Assembly (NCBI GenBank): GCA_965200245.1
Contig: CBDATS010000004.1
Location: forward strand, 384,001 to 448,000
Reading direction: 5' to 3'
DNA from: a bacterium
Lineage (GTDB): Bacteria; UBA8248
DNA length: 64,000 nucleotides
Position numbers and translations under genes: made by a program
Shown: positions 40,290-48,881 of the stretch, piece after piece
How positions within the stretch are numbered: the first letter of the stretch is position 1
How the letters are laid out: each line of letters opens with the position of its first letter
The notes under the pieces: generated by a model
The model's input: the letters and a program-made list of their open reading frames with translations, nothing else
Told to the model about the DNA's origin: nothing
Databases searched by the model: none

Positions 40290-40329
40290 AAAAAAGAGAG
40301 CGGAGTGTAACGCCCTGCTCTTCTTTTTT
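40290..40329. terminator. Bidirectional intrinsic terminator
   Basis: AAAAAAGAGAGCGG...CCTGCTCTTCTTTTTT, with A- and T-tracts on either side. Confidence 0.6.
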
Positions 40330-40330
40330 G

Positions 40331-40525
40331 CTAGCCTTTGGCCTCAAGTTTTCTCATCTCGATTTCGAGTTGCTGCAATCTGTTCTTGATCATGTTGAAG
40401 TCGTACTCAAACCCTTCGGCAAGTAGCACGAGACCTTGATAGAACCGGTGCTTATCCGGCTCTTCTTCCACATTCACCGAATCGAGAATTTCGGCGAAAA
40501 CCTCTCTGGCGTGATGAAAGCTCAA
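40331..40525 (-). CDS. Small hypothetical protein with C-terminal coiled coil (64 aa)
   Basis: TTG start after GGGAGAGGG; MSFHHAREVF...IKNRLQQLEIEMRKLEAKG; ends at the terminator. Confidence 0.55.
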   Translation of the reverse strand: MSFHHAREVFAEILDSVNVEEEPDKHRFYQGLVLLAEGFEYDFNMIKNRLQQLEIEMRKLEAKG

Positions 40526-40658
40526 AATCCCTCTCCCTTTATTGAACGAAAACGTACACGAGAAACGGTAAAATTTCGCGGGAAGAAACTCGCCCGTATC
40601 TCTGCTAGAATCCTCCGTATCGACAAATAAACCACAACGCTTACGAGGAGTCATCTTC

Positions 40659-41153
40659 ATGCCGGAAAGACCGAACACGCCGCAAGTTATCCTCCGCCAT
40701 ATCCAGGGCACGCAACTCCAGATGCTCACCACCACGGGAAAGCACTCCTACGTGCTCGACGAACCCGAAACCCGCGGTGGGACTGACCTCGCCGCTACGC
40801 CTTTCGAGTTCTTCATCGCGGGACACGCGGGCTGAGGCCTCTACACGCTGCTGGGAGCAGCGAAGGCCAAGGGCATCCAGATTGACGACGTGGAAGTCCA
40901 CGCGGAGTTCAAGCGCAACATATCTCCCGAATTCCACGCGGATTATCACGCGGACCCCGAACGGAGAAAACTCTCTATCGGCGTTATTCGCACAAACTAT
41001 TACATTCACGGCGACGTGTCCGAAGAGCAAAAGGCAGAACTCCTCGACGAACTCGCCAACTGCCCCATCCACAACACCCTGATGACGCCGCCAAAACTCG
41101 AGGAACGCATCGTCGTTCTGGGCGAGGATGAAACCGCGCCAACAGAAATTTGA
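40659..41153 (+). CDS. OsmC/Ohr-family selenoprotein (Sec at codon 59)
   Basis: SD GAGGAG and ATG 40659; LDEPETRGGTDLAATPFEFFIAGHAG-UGA(40833)-GLYTLLGAAKAKG continues in frame into track ORF 40890-41153, which carries the resolving NCPIHNTL. 164 aa. Confidence 0.88.
40836..40868 (+). promoter_or_regulatory. Bacterial SECIS-like hairpin (OsmC gene)
   Basis: Lower stem GGCCT/AGGCC, upper stem CGCTGCT/AGCAGCG, G-containing apical loop 17 nt after the UGA. Confidence 0.75.
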
Positions 41154-41187
41154 CTTGGAGAGACAGGAAACCGCTCTTAAATCAGGG

Positions 41188-41661
41188 TCAGTAGGAAACC
41201 TTCTCTTCCATCTGCGCCCACAGATTAAAGGTTTCCAGTGCTTCATCTTTCAGGAGTCGAGTTGCTTCGAGCTTTCTTTCGCCAACCGGCAGGGAGATTT
41301 CCTTGTAGAGAAATTCATCGGAAAACCCGATTGCATCGGCTTCGACGATGGTGTTCCCGTAATACATTTTCTCGATTCTCGCCCAGTAAATGGCGCTCAG
41401 ACACATCGGGCACGGCTCGCAACTTGTGTATATCTCACAACCTGACAAATCGAAATTTTTCAGTTTCGCGCTCGCCGCCCGAATGGCGAGCATCTCGGCG
41501 TGAGCGGTGGGATCGCAAGAAGACGTCACCCGGTTCGCACCTTCGCCGATAATCTCACCGTGCTTGACGACAACGGACCCGAAGGGCCCGCCGTGCCCCT
41601 CCCTCACGTTCTGGGATGCGATCGCTATCGCCCTTCTCATGAAAGATTCCGAATTCGTCAT
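41188..41661 (-). CDS. guaD: Guanine deaminase (cytidine-deaminase fold)
   Basis: GGPFG, DPTAHAE, SCEPCPMC.SAIYWARI, GFSDEFLY. Confidence 0.85.
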   Translation of the reverse strand: MTNSESFMRRAIAIASQNVREGHGGPFGSVVVKHGEIIGEGANRVTSSCDPTAHAEMLAIRAASAKLKNFDLSGCEIYTSCEPCPMCLSAIYWARIEKMYYGNTIVEADAIGFSDEFLYKEISLPVGERKLEATRLLKDEALETFNLWAQMEEKVSY

Positions 41662-41862
41662 TTTTTCATCTCCCGGTTGTGCCCACCCATACGCTGTCGT
41701 TTTCTTCTCACCGCGGTTTCGGTTTTCCCGGCATCCGTTCCATTATAGCTTGCTTTTTCGGATAGTTTACATTCATTTTGTAAACTCTCCTTTCATAGTT
41801 CCAAAGGGAGCCTGTAGCAAAAGAGACGCCACTGCGTAAAATCCAAAACCGAAAAGGAAGAG

Positions 41863-42768
41863 ATGATGAAAATCGGATTTATCGGACTGGGAAAAATGGG
41901 AGCCGGCATGGCGGCCAACCTCCAGAGGGCGGGCTATGAACTCATCGTCCACGATATCGTGCGTGATGCGGCGGTGGAGCACATCAAGCGCGGCGCGCTG
42001 TGGGCAGAGACCCCCGCAGAGATGGCTCGCGCGTGTGAAATCATCTTCACTTCTCTGCCCGGTCCCACAGAAGTCGAGAACGTAGCCACGGGGCCGAACG
42101 GAATTCTCGAGGGCATCGGCGCACGAAAAGTCTACATCGACCTGAGCACGGGATACCCCGCAATCATCCGCAGAATTCATGAGAAATTCACGGAAACAGG
42201 CGCACACATGCTCGATGCCCCCGTAAGCGGCTCCACCATAGGCGCGAACACGGGGCGCCTGGCCATTATGGTGGGGGGTGAGGAGGAGGTTTTTGAACGC
42301 TGCAAGCCCCTTTTCGATGCCATCGGCGATCAGCCTACCTACACCGGACCGGTCGGAACGGGCACCGTGTGCAAACTCGCGCACAACTGCCTGGGCTACG
42401 GCATTCAGGCCATTGCGGCGGAGTGCTACTCCCTCGGCGTCAAGGCGGGCGCAGCTCCCGAGGTTTTGGCTGAAACTATTCGAAACGGGGCGGTAGGTAG
42501 AGGAGTGCACTTCCACTACATCTTCCCCGACACTTTCTTCAAAGGAAAATTCGACGATCCCCACTTTCCCATCAAGGGCGCGGTGAAAGACGTGAGCCTC
42601 GCGCTCCAGCTCGCTCGTGAGCACGACGTGCCCATGACGATAGGAAACATCGCCCACGGGGAGCTCGTCACGGGCTTGAACCGCGGCTGGGGAGAGGATG
42701 ACGCGAGGCGTGCCATGACGCTACAGGAAGAGCGGGCGGGCGGTGTAAAGATGAGAATTTCAGAATAG
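41863..42768 (+). CDS. Beta-hydroxyacid dehydrogenase (3-hydroxyisobutyrate/tartronate semialdehyde reductase family)
   Basis: IGFIGLGKMG, DAPVSG, KLAHN, KDV. Confidence 0.9.
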   Translation: MMKIGFIGLGKMGAGMAANLQRAGYELIVHDIVRDAAVEHIKRGALWAETPAEMARACEIIFTSLPGPTEVENVATGPNGILEGIGARKVYIDLSTGYPAIIRRIHEKFTETGAHMLDAPVSGSTIGANTGRLAIMVGGEEEVFERCKPLFDAIGDQPTYTGPVGTGTVCKLAHNCLGYGIQAIAAECYSLGVKAGAAPEVLAETIRNGAVGRGVHFHYIFPDTFFKGKFDDPHFPIKGAVKDVSLALQLAREHDVPMTIGNIAHGELVTGLNRGWGEDDARRAMTLQEERAGGVKMRISE

Positions 42769-42780
42769 GAGATAATTCAA

Positions 42781-43791
42781 GTGAAACACGGAATCGCCAT
42801 GCTGCCCCCTGCGCCTGATACCTACGCGCACTGGTGCCGACTCTCCGAGGAAGCAGGTTTTGACGTTATCTGGGTGCCGGACTCGCAGTCCCTCTACCGG
42901 GAACTTTACGTCTCATGCACTATCTGTGCGGCGAACACCACACGCGTCCTCCTCGGGCCGAACGTCACCAATCCGATGACGCGACACCCAGCGACGGCGG
43001 CGAGTGCCATTGCCACAGTGGACGAATTTTCAGGCGGCCGTGCGCTGTTCGGTATCGCGACAGGCGATAGCGCCGTCTTGAACCTGGGTCTACGCCCCGG
43101 TCGTGTGGACGAGATGCGCGATTACGTGCTCGCCATGCGCGGGATGCTCGAAGAGGGAATTGCCCATTACCAGGGAAAACCCTGCACCCTTAAGTGGCAT
43201 CAAAAGCGCATCCCGCTTTACATCGCCGCCGAGGGACCGCGCACCATCCGCCTGGCAGGCGAGATTGCAGACGGCGTCACCATCGGCACTGGCCTTACAC
43301 CTGAGGTGGTGGCGGACTCCCTCACCTGGCTGGAGGAAGGCGCGAGAAAATCGGGTCGAAAGCTGGACGATATCGACATCTGGTGGCTCGCCAAGGTGAA
43401 TGTGCTGGCAGACGGCGAGAGCGCCCGCGAGGAGATTCGCATGGCGTTGGCCGCGAGTGCGCACCATGCCTTTCGTTTCACTCTGGAGGACAAGCGGGTG
43501 CCTTGGGATCTTCGCTCCGCCGTCGAAACCCTCAAAAAGGAATATGCCTTTCATGAGCACGAGATGGTGGACAAGCAGACGAACGCCGAACTCGTGGACA
43601 GGCTCGGCCTTCGCGAATACCTGCTCGATCGCTTCGCCATCGCAGGCGACGCTGCGGAATGCGTGCAACGGCTCCACGAACTCGAAGCGACGGGTGTCGG
43701 GGCCTTGAGAATTGCCGCCCACGTGCACGACAAACCCGCATTTATCCGGACATGGGGCCGCGAGATAATCGGCGCAACCAAACAACCATAG
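42781..43791 (+). CDS. Mer-like LLM oxidoreductase (probably F420-dependent), paralog 1
   Basis: DSQSLYRE, GPNVTNPMTRHP...SGGRA.FGIATGD, YIAAEGP..LAGEIADG. Confidence 0.85.
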   Translation: MKHGIAMLPPAPDTYAHWCRLSEEAGFDVIWVPDSQSLYRELYVSCTICAANTTRVLLGPNVTNPMTRHPATAASAIATVDEFSGGRALFGIATGDSAVLNLGLRPGRVDEMRDYVLAMRGMLEEGIAHYQGKPCTLKWHQKRIPLYIAAEGPRTIRLAGEIADGVTIGTGLTPEVVADSLTWLEEGARKSGRKLDDIDIWWLAKVNVLADGESAREEIRMALAASAHHAFRFTLEDKRVPWDLRSAVETLKKEYAFHEHEMVDKQTNAELVDRLGLREYLLDRFAIAGDAAECVQRLHELEATGVGALRIAAHVHDKPAFIRTWGREIIGATKQP

Positions 43792-43802
43792 AGGACGCCT
43801 TT

Positions 43803-44804
43803 ATGAGACACGGTATTTCGTTCAGACCGCCCGATACGGATTCGTTCTCCCGCTGGTGTAAGTGCGCGGAAAAACTCGGCTTCGATGCGGTGTTCATACC
43901 CGACACACAATCCCTCTACCGGGAAGTCTACGTCTCATGCGCGATATGCGCGATGGAGACGAGCGAGATCATATTCGGCCCGTGCGTCACGAATCCCGTC
44001 ACGCGCCATCCGGCGGTGGCTGCGAGTGCCATCGGCACCATCAGCGAGCTATCGGGCGGGCGCGCCTTCTGGGGAATCGCCACGGGTGACAGCGCGGTGT
44101 TGAACTTGGGGTTACGACCCGCGAAACTTGCCGAGATGCGCGAATACATTCTCGCGGTACGGGGGATGCTCGAAGAAGGAAGCACCGAGTACAAGGGGAG
44201 GCCCAACCGGCTGAGCTGGCATAATTCCCACATTCCGATTCACATCGCTGCAGAAGGCCCCAAGACGCTGCGCCTGGCAAGCGAGGTGGCAGATGGCGTC
44301 ATTATCGGAACAGGCCTCATTCCCGAAGTCATCGCTGACACGCTCTCCTTCATCGACGAGGGTGCCAGGAAGTCCGGTCGAAGGGTGGAGGATCTGGACC
44401 TCTGGTGGCTGGTAGACGCCCACGTGGATGCGGACGGCGAGCGCGCCCGCGAGGACATCCGCACCGCTCTCGCCGCAAGCGCGCATCACTCGTTCGCCTT
44501 CACGATGGAGAACAAGCGAGTCCCCAAAAAACTCGAGGCTGGCATCCGCGCGCTGAGAGATGGATACCAAACCTCCGAGCACGGCTTTATAGACAAATCG
44601 AACAACGCTGCGCTCGTGGACGAATTCGGCCTCAGGGAATATCTGGCAGAACGGTTTGCCATCGTCGGCACGCCCGGAGAATGCCGAAAGAGGATCGAAT
44701 ATTTGGAGAACCTGGGCGTCAAGGGGCTTCGCATCAACAACAACCTGCCCGACAGGACGGCCTTCATGAACACCTGGGCCATGGAGGTGAGAGGAATCGA
44801 ATGA
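43803..44804 (+). CDS. Mer-like LLM oxidoreductase (probably F420-dependent), paralog 2
   Basis: DTQSLYRE, GPCVTNPVTRHP, GIATGDSAVLNLGLRP; collinear with the upstream paralog. Confidence 0.85.
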   Translation: MRHGISFRPPDTDSFSRWCKCAEKLGFDAVFIPDTQSLYREVYVSCAICAMETSEIIFGPCVTNPVTRHPAVAASAIGTISELSGGRAFWGIATGDSAVLNLGLRPAKLAEMREYILAVRGMLEEGSTEYKGRPNRLSWHNSHIPIHIAAEGPKTLRLASEVADGVIIGTGLIPEVIADTLSFIDEGARKSGRRVEDLDLWWLVDAHVDADGERAREDIRTALAASAHHSFAFTMENKRVPKKLEAGIRALRDGYQTSEHGFIDKSNNAALVDEFGLREYLAERFAIVGTPGECRKRIEYLENLGVKGLRINNNLPDRTAFMNTWAMEVRGIE

Positions 44805-44864
44805 GTATCGACACCCAAGCGATGCGAAAAGGCAACACCCGATTCATGAGCAATCGTAATTTAC

Positions 44865-45333
44865 CTATAGAGATAGAACCCCTCGATTCGAGTGCGGCTC
44901 ATGAATCTTATAATCCCGTCAACTCCTCATATTTTGAGAGTTGCGCATCAGACATATGGAATTCCTTCATCTCAGCATAGGTTGCGGTTGTAAAATGCAT
45001 TGCATCCGCAGGCTACAAACTCCATCTCCGAGAGATACCTTTCTCTCATGAGACGCCTGGAATCTCGTTGTAAACGCTCATGCACTTCCACCAAGGTAAC
45101 GGCACGGCGATCCATCCACATCGAATCTATCTTGGCTTCAAGCACAGGGTTCCTGTGCCTGCCCCTTTCTATGGTGTCATACGCCACCTCGGCAATCGAC
45201 CACATGGATGTTACTATTTGACACTCACCTTGACGCGATTCTGACACTAACGCATTCAGGATGGGCAACCTGCTCTCTGCACATCGATATAAGGCAGAGA
45301 AACATCGGCATCCCAATAGTAAGTATCAGCCAT
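44865..45333 (-). pseudogene. PIN-domain (VapC-like) toxin pseudogene
   Basis: Starts MADTYYWDADV overlapping the upstream stop. Pieces IVTSMWSIAEV and WSL*PADAMHFTTA...EFHMSDAQLSKY lie in different frames: several frameshifts plus a TAG. Confidence 0.7.
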
Positions 45334-46096
45334 CACGCAACCGCCTAATCGTGACTTCTGGCAATTCCGCGTCTGGCTTCAACAGCAGAATTGCGCGCGC
45401 CTTCGTGTAGTCTCCTTCCTCCGAAATTGGTGTGATTTTACTGACTTGCCGAACTGCTATCGGGTGCCCATCGGCCGGGTTGCGATTCACCAGTCCTTCC
45501 ACGATAGCGTGTTTTCCCCAAACTTCCCTCATAATATCCTCTTGGCCTGATTGCAAATAACACGACACCGGCCGGTCAGCCAGAACGTCATAGAGGGTGA
45601 ATCGCAAAACGTTTCGCTTTGTTAATGTCTGGACTTCCCCCTCTACCGCGCCAAAAGCTACGGCCTTTACATTTCCGGGCAGATTTAAACTATTTTTCGC
45701 CGCCCTCGGCTTTCCTCCAGGAGGATTATTCAAGATTACCGTTTCCTCTTGCGTCTCGAACCGGATTCGTTTGACGCCATTTCCAACCAAGCGTCCAAGT
45801 TCCATCGCTGGGCGGGAAATTTTCCGTCCACGACCAATCTGGACATTCTCGCTAAGCGCTCTGCCAACGTCATTGTATCCACGTACTACCCGTTCGACCC
45901 TTTCCGATTGAGGGCTAGACCCTGTAATGGTCACCAATGCGCTCCCAGGCTGCAGGTCTTCGATCCGCCACTCGATACCATCCCCTTCCTCTGCTGTTAG
46001 CGCATGAACGAGGCTATGCAGTGATTTTACTGCGGTAGCGAAAGTCTCAAAGGTGACATCGCCTTCCAGCACCAGTGTAATCGTGTCAGGAGCCAT
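45326..46096 (-). CDS. Hypothetical protein, lower GC, coupled to the PIN gene (putative antitoxin/partner)
   Basis: Intact 256-aa ORF ending IRRLRDG; 8-nt overlap with the PIN start. Confidence 0.7.
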   Translation of the reverse strand: MAPDTITLVLEGDVTFETFATAVKSLHSLVHALTAEEGDGIEWRIEDLQPGSALVTITGSSPQSERVERVVRGYNDVGRALSENVQIGRGRKISRPAMELGRLVGNGVKRIRFETQEETVILNNPPGGKPRAAKNSLNLPGNVKAVAFGAVEGEVQTLTKRNVLRFTLYDVLADRPVSCYLQSGQEDIMREVWGKHAIVEGLVNRNPADGHPIAVRQVSKITPISEEGDYTKARAILLLKPDAELPEVTIRRLRDG

Positions 46097-46370
46097 TACT
46101 CGCCCCCATATTGGGTTTCCAGAGGATATGGAATGGATGGATATCCTAACCAGATATCAATATGCCTAAGCCCAAGGTTTTGAAATTGGCGGATCAATTA
46201 CTCAGTTCAGCCTAAAACAACCCCAAAATACAACACTGATTCGAGAAGCGGATGGAGTTGTCGCTGCAAAAACTCCCTATTCCCTTAGGCAAAACCTTCA
46301 GTTAGAATAGCACAAATGCTCGAAAAAATGAATTTGGCCTTCCCGAAAAACCTCGCAAAGGAGGGTGGAC

Positions 46371-46925
46371 ATGAGCGAAATGACGAAGGAGAAACAAAGG
46401 ATTCTCGTCTATGAGCCTGTGGCGGAGGCTTCGGGAGAGAACGCGGCCATGGCTACGCGGCCCGAGAGCCTGAACGGCAAAAGCGTCGGCCTCATCAACA
46501 ATACAAAGGATTTTACGGAAGAGATTTTCGATGTGATGGGTGCCGTGCTTGAAGAACAGTTTCCGGGTGTGCGAGTCGTACGCTACAGGAAGGAATCCGT
46601 GAGCGGTGCATCGCCCTCCCTCATGGAGCAGGTGGAGGGAGAGTGCGACGCTGTGGTCTCTGCGCTCGGCGACTGAGGCTCGTGCACATCGTGGAGTATC
46701 CACGACAGTGTCGCCTTCGAGAAAAGAGGGCTCCCCACGGTCACCATCGTCACCGACGCATTCGAGAACTACGCGAGGCAGCTTACCAGGCTCCACAAGA
46801 TGCGCGATCTTCCGCTCGTTACCCTCCCCCACCCCATTGCGGGCAGAAAGCGCGAGGAAGTGGATGCAATGTCCGCGAAGGCGAGCCCATATCTGATACC
46901 CGCCCTCACGCAGGCGAGCGGCTGA
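46371..46925 (+). CDS. UGSC-motif selenoprotein (Sec at codon 102)
   Basis: SD AGGAGG; ...ECDAVVSALGD-UGA(46674)-GSCTSWSIHDSVAFEKRGLPTVTIVTDAF...LPHPIAG... stays open to a TGA at 46923-46925, 7 nt before the next gene. 184 aa. Confidence 0.92.
46677..46715 (+). promoter_or_regulatory. Bacterial SECIS-like hairpin (UGSC gene)
   Basis: Upper stem TCGTGGA/TCCACGA with GTA loop 19 nt after the UGA; lower pairings GCAC/GTGT and GGC/GCC. Confidence 0.8.
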
Positions 46926-46932
46926 TTTTTCC

Positions 46933-48033
46933 ATGAGTGAACCAAAGCACGCCCGCCAGATTGCACTTGATGAAGACACAGGAACAATATTCGACCATTT
47001 CTACGAGGAGGGTTGGACGGACGGGCTTCCCATCATCCCGCCGACCGAGGAACGCGTCGCTGAAACCATGCGTTTCACGGATTACGCGCCGCACGATGTC
47101 ATCGCCCACATTCCACCCAGAAACGCACCCGCGACAGTAGAACTCATCGCCATCAACGCCGTGATGGCGGGCTGCAGGCCAGAATACCTGCCCGTGCTTA
47201 TCACTGCGGTGCAGGCCATGACGGAGCCGGCTTATAACCTTTACGGTCGCCAGACGACCACCCATCCGGGTGCGCACATGATGATCGTCCACGGGCCGAT
47301 GAGAAACGAACTTGAGGTCAACTGCCGCCAGAACGTGTTCGGCCAAGGCCAGCGCGCGAACGCGACGCTTGGCCGCGGGGTGAGGCTCCTGATGATGAAC
47401 GTGGGCGGCGGCATCCCCGGTGTGACGGACATGGCCACCCACGGGCATCCTGGAAAATATTCCTACACCATCGGCGAGGATGAGGAAGGAAGCCCCTGGC
47501 CACCCTTTCACACGGGCAGGGGCCTAGCACCCGGGACTTCCGCCGTCACCATGCTCTGCGCCGAATCGCCCCACAACGTGAACGACCTCGTGAGCAAGAC
47601 ACCCCACAAATACCTGGGCACGGCGGCTTCAGCCATGAGCCACCTAGGTGCCAACGGCGTCTACCGAAGCGGGCTTCCAGGCGAGCAGATGCTGGTGCTG
47701 ACCGCCGAAGCTGCTAACTGGCTTTCGGATCAAGGGTGGACGAAGGCCGACGTATCCCAATTCATCTTCGAGAATGCGCGCCAGCCGATTCGCCTCATGC
47801 GAGACCGCGGCGGCTTCGGCATGACACCGCTCGCCCCTTTTGTGAATCTAGAAGAAGACGAGGAGATGGCCCCCATTGTCCCCAGCCCCGGAGGCATCCT
47901 CATCGTCATCGCAGGCGGTCATGGTCGCCACATGCAGGCCGTTCTCACGGCGAGCTACAACCTGAGCGTCACCAAAGCCGTCACCCGCAAAGACGGAACG
48001 CCGATTAAGTCCATGCGGGAGTTCGTGGAGTGA
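46933..48033 (+). CDS. Conserved hypothetical partner of the UGSC protein
   Basis: 366 aa; GWTDGLPIIPPTEERV, AINAVMAGC.PEYLPV, RANATLGR, GHPGKY, IVIAGG. Operonic with the UGSC gene. Confidence 0.8.
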   Translation: MSEPKHARQIALDEDTGTIFDHFYEEGWTDGLPIIPPTEERVAETMRFTDYAPHDVIAHIPPRNAPATVELIAINAVMAGCRPEYLPVLITAVQAMTEPAYNLYGRQTTTHPGAHMMIVHGPMRNELEVNCRQNVFGQGQRANATLGRGVRLLMMNVGGGIPGVTDMATHGHPGKYSYTIGEDEEGSPWPPFHTGRGLAPGTSAVTMLCAESPHNVNDLVSKTPHKYLGTAASAMSHLGANGVYRSGLPGEQMLVLTAEAANWLSDQGWTKADVSQFIFENARQPIRLMRDRGGFGMTPLAPFVNLEEDEEMAPIVPSPGGILIVIAGGHGRHMQAVLTASYNLSVTKAVTRKDGTPIKSMREFVE

Positions 48034-48067
48034 GGGGGATTACCAGATACCCAAGATATATGAATAC

Positions 48068-48559
48068 CTATGAATCTCTGCCAGATTTTCTTCCGAACCC
48101 ATAACCACCCGCGAACCCGGCTCCCAAGCCTTATAAATCCGTCAAAACAGGTGTTATGAGTTCTTTCGCTCCGAATGTTAAAAACAGCCACGACAAACCG
48201 AAACAAGCCAGCAAAGCGATTACCAAAACCGCAAAACCAAACCATTGACTACGTTTTTGGGGCTTTGTTTGAGAGGCCAATTTCTCTTTGGCGAACTAAA
48301 ACTCGTTCTCATTCCTTTTGCGTGCTCTTTCCAAACCGCTTTTCATGAGATCGTGTCGATCCTGCGGGCTTCAATCTCGCAATATCTCCGGATTAGCCCA
48401 AGGAGGCCCCTGATGTTCAGTGAATCGCAATCCGGGAATGTTTTGAGCCTGAGATATTTCTGCTACAGGATCGGGGTTGGATGGCATCAAGATTCCGGGG
48501 TCTTTGGAAGACTCGTCCGTTTTTTCGGCATCCATGTTTTCAGAGTCGGAATCGGTCAC
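48068..48559 (-). pseudogene. Membrane protein pseudogene (loosely DUF2335-like) with three in-frame stops
   Basis: One frame reads HQGPPWANPEILRD*SPQDRH...NEF*FAKEKL...WFGFAVLVIALLACFGLSWLFLTFG...VLTDL*GLGAGFAGGYGFGRKSGRDS. Stops at 48371 (TGA), 48296 (TAG) and 48131 (TAA). Confidence 0.65.
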
Positions 48560-48881
48560 TCACTTCCCTTTCGAATTTGGACACTTCATCAAATGCATAC
48601 ACATCGAACTCGGACTCTGTATCCAGAATGGCTCCGCTCGCCTGCATGGATTCCGAAAAAGCCGCCCAAAGATGATATAGAGCCAATGTGTGCACTTCAT
48701 TTTGGATGGGGTCGTTCTCGCCCAGTTTTCTTTCGAATTCTGAACATAGTTTCTGCAATCTGTTGAGGCTTTCTTCCATCTCATTCAGCGAAGGTCGTCT
48801 TGAGGTTGGATAAAAACGACTGCCGAACATTTCACACTCCTGTATGATTTTTCTTGCCAGATAAACACAGCCTGTATCCAA
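48540..48881 (-). CDS. Hypothetical protein, low GC
   Basis: Up to 113 aa, start uncertain; overlaps the start of the pseudogene. Confidence 0.4.
   Translation of the reverse strand: MDTGCVYLARKIIQECEMFGSRFYPTSRRPSLNEMEESLNRLQKLCSEFERKLGENDPIQNEVHTLALYHLWAAFSESMQASGAILDTESEFDVYAFDEVSKFEREVSDRFRL

Noticed and set aside
48371-48373. TGA as Sec or alternative genetic code
   Set aside because: The same frame also has TAG and TAA, no SECIS-like hairpin is evident, and many intact genes here end in TGA.
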